A stretch of 20,000 nucleotides of DNA from Spirogloea muscicola (taxonomy: Eukaryota). The position numbers and the translations under genes were made by a program. Every line of letters starts with the position of its first letter. Position 1 is the stretch's first letter. The notes beneath the pieces were generated by a model, which was given only the letters and a program-made list of their open reading frames with translations, did not search any database and had not been told where the DNA came from. Positions 10,791 through 19,320 of the stretch are shown one piece after another. The DNA is taken from assembly GCA_009602725.1 (NCBI GenBank), contig WELB01000016.1, positions 541,725 through 561,724 of the forward strand, in the 5' to 3' direction.

Positions 10791-10958
10791 GAGCGCCCTG
10801 GCTGTCTAGCCTGTGGCTCCGTCATGAACACCTCTATGTATCTGGCTGGCTTTCACAGCCGCTCGTTTAATATCAGCAGCCGCTTTCTTCTCAGGAATGG
10901 CCACTGGCCACCCTTGCGGTTTATGCGCCTTCTCTCAGGACCTGTTCTTCTCTCAAGA

Positions 10959-11088
10959 GGCCCCTTGGGCCTCGTCAACTACTTTGCCTTCCCTTTTGCT
11001 GGCTCGCGCAGTGCACTTGTGGGCAGGCCGCGCTTTGGCTGCTAGTGCTGGGTCTCGTCGTGGTGACACTTCTCCAGCCTTTCCAGCT
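10959..11088 (+). mobile_element. Degenerate 3' coding fragment of a related element (lineage F)
   Basis: Translates, with a frameshift, as GPLGLVNY...ARAVHLWAGRALAASAGSRRGD. Lineage A has VPLGLVSCY...ALALHRRAGRALAAASGLRSG. Confidence 0.65.
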
Positions 11089-11162
11089 TCGAATGCAAGC
11101 CAGAGACAGCTGCAAGGGCGCGACCGGCTCGGCCGTGCAAAGGAAGCGCTTGGAACGGCTGA

Positions 11163-12043
11163 AGGAAGAAGATAGTGGCTCTCCCAATGGGGGCAAGGGC
11201 AGTGAGAAGCCAGCCCGAAGTAGAAATGACAAGGTTCGAAGGGGCCAGATTACGAAAGGGCCAGAAAGCGCCATCTCAGAACTGGGGGAGGATGAACCAC
11301 TCAACAGCAACGAGTGAGGAGCCTCAGATCCGACAGACTAGATGTCGGAAAACAGTCCCCCTGACGAAAGCCAGAGGCTGCAGCGAGAGCACGGCCAGGA
11401 CGTAGATGAGCGTGAGCCATGGACCGCTGTAGGGAAATGGATAGTCGCATGCCGTAGACTTGGGCTACCGGGCCAGCGGCATTGAAGTCAGCCTGCTCAC
11501 CTCGCCTGCCGCGCCGCGCAAGCCTGGCTAGCAGGTCGAGCCACAGGGACCCAAGAGCCCCGTGCACATCCACGGCCAGGGGTACGAACTCGTCCCCAGC
11601 CGGGTGGTCAGCGTGTCTTGCCGCCTTGCTGCGTGCGGCATTCGCTGCAGCATGGCCAGCCCTCGAGGCAGAAAGCCCCGGAATGGAGCGCTCCACCACA
11701 TCGGTGGTGACCACATCTGCAGTGATGCGCGCGCCGCCTCCCGGCGTGGAGGCCACCAAGTCGACGCGACGCGTGTGTAGTCCGTCCGCCTTCCGCAGGA
11801 TGGGCATAACGGAAGAAAGTGTTCTCCATCACCACTGTGAAGCCGGCCTCCAGGAATTTGCCAAACAATGCATCTCTGAGGAGGTCGTGGGCAGCAGTGC
11901 GTTCACCTCCAGTGGCGCAGCGGAGGACATGCGCCGCCAACTCTGCTGGATCCGCCGACCGTCCCCGCACTCGCACTGCAGCACGCCCGGAAGTCAGGGC
12001 GGGGGGAGTCCCAGCAGGCGGTGGATGGCCGTGCTGTAGGGGC
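11163..12043 (-). mobile_element. 5'-truncated, frameshifted lineage B copy (zinc knuckle, endonuclease and 3' UTR)
   Basis: Reads AIHRLLGLP...QCECG...HVLRCATGGERTAAHDLLRDALF...TRRVDLV...ITADVVTTD...DHPAGDEFVPLAVDVHG...MRLSISLQRS...GRALAAASG...LRLLTRCC* (stop at 11301). The 3' UTR at 11300-11163 matches 12888-13037. Confidence 0.9.
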
Positions 12044-12097
12044 ATAGCTGCACGCGGTAGCAGGACACAAGACCAAAAGGCAACGAGCCCCCAGGAA

Positions 12098-12475
12098 GCA
12101 AGCGCAGCGAGATTAACTGGTGGCTGGGAAAGGCAAGCACAAAGGAATGATGAAGGGCTCGCCCATTGAGGATAGGGGCTGGAAAAAGCCAGCCCAATAA
12201 AGAATGAACAAAGGTCGAGAAGGGGCCAGGGGAAGTACGAAGAACAACTAGCACAATAAAAGAACGAAGCAGCTACGAAGCACTCAGTAACCCCTGCTAA
12301 GCAGCCTCAGCTAAGAGAGACTGGGTTCCTGGAAGCGGGTCCCCTGGCCTGAGCCAGAGGCAGCAGCGAGGGCTCTGCCTGCACGCAGGTGCAGCGCGCG
12401 GGCCATAGACCTCTGCAGCGAGACGGCCAAGCGCATGCAGTACAGCTGCGCTAGCGACCCTGCTGCATGGGAGTG
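12098..12475 (-). mobile_element. Lineage D 3' fragment (12475-12151) joined head-to-tail to a lineage C tip (12152-12098)
   Basis: Reads AAGSLAQLYCMRLAVSLQRSMARALHLRAGRALAAASG...LRLLSRGY* (stop 12286-12284). The UTR contains TTTGTTCATTC...GGGCTGGCTTTTTCCAGCCC, followed by CCCAGCCACCAGTTAATCTCGCTGCGCTTGC. Confidence 0.8.
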
Positions 12476-12605
12476 AGCCCAAAGGAACGGCCCCCAGGAA
12501 GTGCTGCACCCTGTTCGCGGCGTCTCAGCTTGAGAGGCCAGCAGCGGAGTAAGGGCTCACGAAGAGGACCACCGACCCCCATAAGCACCCGTGAAGCGAT
12601 GGAGC

Positions 12606-13037
12606 TGCTTGATTCCATGTGTGCTAGCTTCAGCGCTTTCCTGGCCCCGTCGAAGTTTGTTCATTCGTGTTCCTGGGCTGGCCTCTCCCAGCCACCGCCC
12701 CTCTCCTGGAAGCGTCCGTCTTCTCTCTCTCAGTTAATCTGGCCGCGCTTGCTCTCTCTCTGATCTGGCCCACGCCTTGCATCTGCGTGCTGGCCGTGCT
12801 CTCGCTGCGGCCTCCGGCTTTCGTCAGGGGGATAGTTTACCAGCAGCTAGTCTGTCGGATATGAGGCTCCTCACTCGTAACTACTAAGCGGTCCATCCTC
12901 CCCCGTTCTGCCATAGCCTCTTCAGGCCCCGCAGTCGCTGCTTAGCTCGTAGTCTGGCCCCTTCGAACCTTGTCAATTCTTTTCGGGCTGGCTTCTCACA
13001 GCCCTTGCCCCCATTGGGAGAGCCACTTCTTCTCTCT
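12606..13037 (+). mobile_element. Head-to-tail trio of 3' ends: E (12606-12730), C tip (12731-12760), B (about 12765-13037)
   Basis: Each unit ends in a CT run. The B unit encodes AHALHLRAGRALAAASGFRQG...MRLLTRNY* (stop 12885-12887) and is an inverted copy of about 11165-11420. Confidence 0.85.
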
Positions 13038-13130
13038 GAGAAAGAGGGCCTGAGTGGCCTAGTACAGAAGGGCAAGCACATTGACAGGTTTACATCACCT
13101 GCTGCCAAATCGATCCGCTAAACCCACGGG

Positions 13131-13219
13131 GGGGGCTCGCCCATTAAGGATAGGGGCTGGAAAAGCCAGCCCAAAAAAGAAAGAACACAGCCGCTCTTTT
13201 AATATCAGCAGCCGCTTTC
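13131..13219. mobile_element. Head-to-head pair of tiny 3' tips: D (minus, about 13131-13186) and A (plus, 13185-13219)
   Basis: GGGCTCGCCCATTAAGGATAGGGGCTGGAAAAGCCAGCCCAA matches 12155-12197. CACAGCCGCTCTTTTAATATCAGCAGCCGCTTTC matches 10854-10887 with 1 mismatch. Confidence 0.85.
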
Positions 13220-13311
13220 ACCGCGGCTGTGAACAAAGGGGGGGGGCTTTCTGAGCTTTACGGCAGTCCGGGAGCAGAAGGCGTAGGGTTAGGTCACCGA
13301 GCACTCGTGGC

Positions 13312-13326
13312 ATGCCGCGGGCGCTG

Positions 13327-13361
<35 letters not shown>

Positions 13362-16300
13362 GAGGGGCGCGGGCNNNNNNNNNNNNNNNNNNNNNNNNNN
13401 NNNNNNNNNNNNNNNNNNNNNNNNNNNNNNNNNNNNNNNNNNNNNNNNNNNNNNNNNNNNNNNNNNNNNNNNNNNNNNNNNNNNNNNNNNNNNNNNNNNN
13501 NNNNNNNNNNNNNNNNNNNNNNNNNNNNNNNNNNNNNNNNNNNNNGGCGGCCCCGGAGACGGCAGCGGCGGCGGCAGCAGCGCCGGCGCCCGGCCGCTGC
13601 TCGCCGCACCGCAGCATCTTCTCTGCAGCCGCCGCCGCTGCCGCTTCGCCGTCGCCCGCGCCGTCGTCCTTGGGTGAGCCGCCGGCGAGGGCTTAGTGTC
13701 AGACCCTAAACCCTACCCACATTCCTAAACCCTCTCCACGCGCCACGCCCGCAAGACCAGTGCAGGCTAAACCCTCGCGCCCTGTGCGGCGCAGGCAAAG
13801 CTTGTGTATTTGGTTGAATCGAGATTAATAATCTGCTGCTGTCATCTGAATTCCACGTAAATCGTGAATTCTACAGTAAGAGTCATCTCATGATTAAGTA
13901 AATGGGTCAGCTTAGCAGCAGGTGATGTACATCTATCAGATTGCTTGCCTTTGTGGTTGGCCGCTCTCAGGCCCTCCGTCACTCAATGCGAAATTTATTG
14001 CAGGCGAGGCGGGCTCGGAGGACGAGCGCTACGACGTGATCGTGGTGGGCGGCGGGCATGCCGGCTGCGAGGCCGCGCTGGCGGCGGCGCGCCTCGGCGC
14101 CCGCACGCTCCTCCTCACGCTCAACCCCGACCGCATCGCCTGGCAGGTCCCGCCTCACCCTTAATCCCCATAACAATACAGAACCCCTGAGACATAAACC
14201 TCATGCCAAGCTTGGAGCAGCTGCCGCTCGCAGCCATGCGGGCTCGGGGAGTCGCTCACCCGCCCGCCATTGTCGCGCACTCGCGCCGCGCAGCCCTGCA
14301 ACCCCGCCGTCGGGGGGCCTGCCAAGTCGCAGCTGGTGCACGAAGTCGACGCTCTGGGTGGCGAAATCGGGAAGATTGCCGACAGGTGCGCCCTTTTTGC
14401 CTCTCCCCAAACAACCCCCCCCCGGCCGCGCGCTTATTGACTCAAGTCAGAGAAGCTGGCTGCCATGCTAAGAGCTGTTAGTAGTCATGGATGGTTTGCC
14501 AGCATTGTTGTGTTGTGTGAGGTCCTTACCAGAGTGTGCCAATGACATGCCCTGCTGAGGCTCCATTGGGCGTGTGCGGCTGCTCCAACTGCCACCTCCT
14601 GCGGAGCAGATGCTACCTGCAGAAACGGGTTCTCAACCGGTCCAAGGGCCCCGCTGTGTGGGCGCTCCGCGCGCAGACGGACAAGCGCGAGTACGCCATC
14701 ACGATGAAGGCAGTCCTGGACAAGTAAGGCTCCCACTTGACCAGGCTCCTCGTGATTAGGCGCCGCAAGAGCCTCAAGCGCAACACGACAAGCGAGACAC
14801 ACTTATGACGTATCAAAGTTGTATGCCTGGCAGTACGCCGAACCTGTGCATCCGTGAGGCCATGGCGACGGAGCTGCTGGTGGGGCCCAACGACAACGTG
14901 GAGGGCGTGCGGACCTTCTTCGGCGTGGCTTTCCGGGCGGCGGCAGTGGTGCTGACCACGGGGACCTTCATGAACGGGCGCATCTGGATCGGACGCAGCT
15001 CCATGCCGGCGGGCCGCGCCGGCGAGGGCGCGGCCCTGGGCCTCACTGAGAACCTCCTCGCGCTGGGCTTCGAGACTGACCGACTCAAGACTGGCACGCC
15101 CGCGCGTGTAGACATCCGTAGCATCAACCGCTCCAGGCTAGAGTCTCAGCCCGGCGATGACGAGGTAAGAGCGCTCCTCTACATCACAGACCAGGGCTAC
15201 TCTATGTATAATGTTGTCATTGACGACTTTGAGGTCTCAGATGATTGGAGGATCGGCACAGACTGTGCAATGGGCAGAGGCTGTTGACCACGATGATTTG
15301 GCAGGAGACTGTCTAATGACACCGTGTTTTAAACCCTCACCTTAGCGATTACACCTGAGTTTGTTTTGTTTTTCCAAGTCAGGTGCGTTGGTTCAGCTTC
15401 GATCCGGAGGTGCACGTGGAGCGGGAGCAGCTGAGCTGCTACTTGACGCGCACCACGGCAGCGACCCACAAGCTGATTGAGGACAATCTGGCCGAGACGC
15501 CCACGTATGGAGGGTGGGTGGAGGCCAAGGGGCCACGGTACTGCCCTTCCATTGAGGACAAGGTGCACATCCCGCATGCGCCTGTCATATTCTAGTGTTA
15601 GTTGTCAAAGCAGTTGTGGTCAGACTGACCATGTAAGAAGGAAGACTTGTGTGTTACCTAGCCAGGGGTTTGAGCAGGGTGGTTAAGGTGCTCCGATAAC
15701 GGTCAGCTGATTGCTACTCTTTTGCCTACAGATTGTGAGGTTCCGTGACAAGGAATCACATCAGGTTTTCTTAGAGCCGGAGGGACGCACCGTGCCAGAG
15801 CTTTATGTGCAGGCACGCATTGGCAGCCCACACTAACTGCTCACTTGTTGCTCACTAACTTATCAGAAGTGCCCAAAAGGTGGTCATCTTATATCAGCAC
15901 AAGTGTAGTCTTGATCTGTGGTAAGTGGCAGAACAACAGTGGTTTCTTAAGTATATGTCTTGCAGCTGCATCAAAGACAGTCTCTGTGTCTTACATGCAT
16001 GTACCTTGGTTCTCTCAGGGCTTCTCGACTGGCCTTCCAGAGCGGCTCCAGCTGGCGCTGCTTCGGACGCTGCCGGGCTTGGAGCACTGCTCTATGCTCC
16101 GGCCAGCTTATGCGGTGGAGTATGACTACTTGCCTGCGAATCAATGCCAGCGGACACTGCTCACTAAGCGCCTTGACGGCCTCTTCTTCTCCGGTCAGAT
16201 TAATGGCACAACCGGCTACGAGGAGGCTGCCGCACAGGCGAGTTCGCTCTCTCAGCCGGCTTACCATAAGAGTGTTGGAACAGTTGCCAATCCATTTCTT

Positions 16301-17997
16301 TAGCTTTTGCATTGTCAGCGGCTGACTCTTCAAGTGGCCAGCATTGTAGCTCAATTCCTGCTGCACGTTTCAGAGGAGCCATTAACATATTCTTCCAATA
16401 TGGCACTTTGCAGGGGCTTCTGGCAGGGATAAATGCTGCGCAGCTGGCTGCTGGTAAGCCAATGCTGACGCTGGAGCGGGAGAGTAGCTACATTGGTACG
16501 CTGATTGACGACCTCGTCACCAAGGACCTGCGCGAGCCCTACCGCATGTTGACAAGGCAAGATGCTGCGACGTGCGTCAAGATGCTGATAAACAGACTCA
16601 AGCTTGGTGGAACAGGACATCCGTAACACTGGCCTCGGAGTCATGGTTGTTGCAGCTGAGCTTCAAAAGGCAGTTTGAGTGCCGACCTCTTCTAACACTG
16701 TGTTCCGTTGCGCAGTCGCTCTGAATACAGGCTGCTGCTACGATCAGACAATGCAGACAGCCGACTCATGCCAGTTGGCCGGGATCTGGGGCTGGTCGAT
16801 GACCGCCGGTGGGCTCTCTACCAGAGCAAGCAGGAGCGCATCGCAGCGGAGAAGGTCCGCATACAGAAGGTTCGAATTGGAGGTCAGTGCACTTTGCTAC
16901 TCGGTTGACCCTTAGTGCTTGCCCATTAGCTGGCACAATGTTAGCCTGCGCTGCGTCTCTGCTTCTAGAGCAAGGCGAAAGTCCAAGTGCTTGGGTCTGG
17001 ACCTGGCCAAATGCACAGATGTCGCTCACTCACACGCAAGTGCGTGGGCACTCCTTCATGATAGAATATGTGACTAGGGGGAATAACACATGAGGACCCT
17101 TTGTGAACAGCTGACAGGCTTGCTTGTCATCTTCCGATGCATGCTGATGCCAAACACCCATGTTGCCCCCTCTTATCTGATGCTTCTGCGGCGGCCCCAG
17201 TGAGCGACCCAATCGCAGCGGAGGTCGAGGAGTTGTGCGGCCAGCCATTGAAGGCGGGTGTGAGCTTGGACAGCATCCTGCGGCGGCCGCACGTCCATTA
17301 TGAGCTCCTGGAGCGGCACGGTCTTGCGGACCCTGCGGTCTCGCAGGTTGAACAGGAGTGCGTTGAGATTGACGTGAAGTACGAGGGCTTTATACTGCGT
17401 CAGCAGCAGCAGCTCGAGCAGGTGGGCATTCTTCATTGTCTTTGCTTGACCCGTGTGACTTCTCAGAAGCAGAAGTCATCCACAAGCGTGATATGCCCTG
17501 GAGACGCATTTTCCTGACCTTTAGAGTGCAAGCTTCCAGTGACAAGAGGGAGACTCTGTATCCATGCAGATGGCGGCAAAGGAGCATCGGCCAATCCCCG
17601 CTGGCATCGATTACAGCAGTATTGCCACGATCTCCATGGAGGCCAGGGAGAAGCTCAACAAGGTGCTGAGCTCGCCATCGCCTTCTTCCCTCATTGTTAA
17701 GCTGCTTGCGCTGCTCTTGACCAACTTCTGGACTCAGCATTCAGCTGTATATCCGCGCTTCAATATGTAAACTATGTGCTGCTGCTGCTGCACGACGTCT
17801 ATTGACTGGCTGCGCAAGTGCCCCTCCCGCAGATCAAGCCCACATGCATCGGCCAGGCGCAGCGCGTGGGTGGTGTGAATCCAGCGGACGTGACGGCTCT
17901 CCTCATCCACCTGGAGGTCCTCCAGCGTCAGAGGCAGAGCGGCGCGGACAAGAGGTTGCAGGTGGCCAGTGATTTGGTGGCGGTGGCTGAGAGCTAG
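13312..17997 (+). CDS. mnmG: tRNA uridine 5-carboxymethylaminomethyl modification enzyme MnmG/GidA, plastid/cyanobacterial type, 13 exons
   Basis: Exons: ~13312-13673 (N gap 13375-13545; Ala-rich and transit-like), 14004-14146, 14294-14385, 14610-14723, 14834-15164, 15383-15562, 15732-15812, 16019-16237, 16414-16556, 16716-16882, 17201-17421, 17570-17662, 17833-17997. Motifs: FAD-binding [117 protein letters not shown]. The start codon is uncertain because of the gap. Confidence 0.95.
13327..13360 (+). repeat. (GCC)n repeat, probably coding poly-Ala
   Basis: About 11 GCC units just before the assembly gap. Confidence 0.85.
13375..13545. other. Assembly gap (N run)
   Basis: 171 N characters inside the very GC-rich first exon of mnmG. 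Confidence 0.99.
13704..13775 (+). promoter_or_regulatory. Telo-box-like (AAACCCT) motif cluster in mnmG intron 1
   Basis: CCCTAAACCCTA at 13704-13715, CCTAAACCCT at 13724-13733 and CTAAACCCT at 13767-13775. Confidence 0.45.
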
Positions 17998-18290
17998 TCC
18001 ACCTTTGGCTGATGCATCTGCCGTGATGTTGTTGTTGGTGGTGTACTTCCTGCTCAAGGCGGTAAACCTCACACAAAGATGTAGAGCCTCTCATTCACTA
18101 CGGGCCTGACAGGAGCGGAGCATCGGCCCTGCTTGCTCGCAATCAAGCACCTCGGCTGGTCCACCTTATATCAACTGAACGTCAAAGGCAAAACAGTGCA
18201 CTCCAGCAATCTGCTCATTGTGCCAGCAAACATGTTAAAAAATAACACACACTTCAGTACTGGAGCCAGCATACCTTGCTGCTGGAGGCA

Positions 18291-18712
18291 GAATGCGGCT
18301 GCTGATATCCAAAAGAGCGGCTGTAGAAGCCGGCCAGGTGCATACAGAGGGTGTTCATGACCATATTAGCGAACCCACAGGCTATGCAGACAGGGCGCTC
18401 GTAGTACCCCCGTGTCAGTAGTAGGACTTCAGATGAGCTGAGGGGAGCTGCTGCAAGGGCGCGACCGGCTCGGCGGTCAAAGCAAGCCCTTGGAACCGCT
18501 GGAGGGACATAGATAGAGGCATGCGGTAGCAGGACACAAGACGCAAAGGCACCGGGCCTCCAGGAAGTGCTGCACCCCCTTCCCGGCCCCGCTGGTCAGC
18601 TTGAGATGCCAGCAGCGAAAGTAACGAGGACCACCGGATCCCCGTGACACATGCGGAGTCTTTGGCCAGGGGGTAAAAGGCATCGCCAGCCAGGTGGTCC
18701 TTGTACAAATGT
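18291..18712 (-). mobile_element. 5'-truncated, decayed lineage A copy between the convergent mnmG and RING genes
   Basis: Reads HLYKDHLAGDAFYPLAKD...RWSSLLSLLASQADQRGREGGAALPGGPVPLRLVSCYRMPLSMSLQR, close to the end of the 8289-10790 ORF. The 3' UTR GAGCGCCCTG...TCATGAACACC...CAGCCGCTC...ATATCAGCAGCCGC matches 10791-10885. Confidence 0.92.
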
Positions 18713-19320
18713 AACTGGAGAGGGAGGACCAGAGCAAGTGCAAGGCCAAAGCGAGTGCAAGCCTCCTGGTCGAGAGCCACATTTTCTCCTTACAATGCAG
18801 CAGTCTTCTGAGAGTCAATATTGGGGTGCACGGCAGCAAGTACTGCACGATCCGTAGACCTGGGCCGCTCAAGCAGTCAGACCATTATGGCCACCAGAGT
18901 AGCACAGCCTTACAGCCTCTCAGCCCTGTGAGGACAACCGTTGCGCAGCTAACAAGGTGGTGGAAACTTAGAGGTGCAGGGGTGAAGACCGACCAGACAG
19001 TCATCTGCAATGCAACGGCGACTGAGACGCAACTGATGAGTATGGAAGCAGAGGGTCTTGTAATATTTTGAAACAGTATATGTCGCTCAACAATGGCGAG
19101 ATAACAGTCCCCAAATCCGCTCGGGACGTGCCAGCAGCGGTATGGCAGCGGCAAAAATCAGCCGAGCGGCTCGCGTCGTGACGCGGGTGGGGTCTCGTCT
19201 CCAGATCTATAGCCTGCAGACTACAGCTTGCGCTACTTGCAGGATCTCTCGCACCAGAGGCTCGAGCGGCGCGCCCGCTCGGCCTTGGCAATGGAATGGG
19301 CTGGCGACCGGCCGGCAGGC

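Larger units (their letters stand above)
8253..10892 (+). mobile_element. 5'-truncated non-LTR retrotransposon with RT and restriction-like endonuclease (CRE-like), lineage A
   Basis: Contains the ORF at 8289-10790 and a 3' UTR of about 100 bp (10791-10892) ending CAGCAGCCGCTTTCTTCTC. This UTR is shared with the copies at 18291-18400 and 13185-13219. The 5' boundary is approximate. Confidence 0.9.
11093..12594 (-). mobile_element. Interrupted lineage-A-like copy (pieces 12594-12478, 12098-12044, 11163-11093) hosting nested insertions
   Basis: The pieces are collinear with the A ORF C-terminus, with frameshifts: HG.YGGRWSS...LLASQA...RREQGAALPG, then LPGGSLPFGLVSCYRVQL, then LQPFQALPLHGRAGRALAAVSGL. 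Confidence 0.7.

Noticed and set aside
11355..11380. CTGACGA/GAAA as a hammerhead ribozyme core (also at about 12815-12830, minus strand)
   Set aside because: The two motifs overlap with no stem II between them, and the sequence is simply the antisense of the codons for SGFRQG.
12175..12195. Histone mRNA stem-loop or HDV-like ribozyme
   Set aside because: The stem and loop do not match the histone consensus (6-bp stem, 4-nt loop) and no histone gene is present. I could not build the HDV nested double pseudoknot by eye.
8122..13130. 9-bp direct repeat ACCCACGGG (8122-8130 and 13122-13130) as a target duplication around the whole nest
   Set aside because: The enclosed DNA has mixed orientations and ages and no terminal inverted repeats, and element fragments continue beyond 13130. 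A chance match is plausible.
12098..13219. CRISPR-like repeat-spacer array from the recurring hairpin
   Set aside because: The repeats vary in sequence, spacing and orientation, and are explained as retroelement 3' ends.
13704..13775. Telomere or interstitial telomeric array targeted by the retroelements
   Set aside because: Only isolated 1-2 unit motifs within an intron, not adjacent to any element junction.
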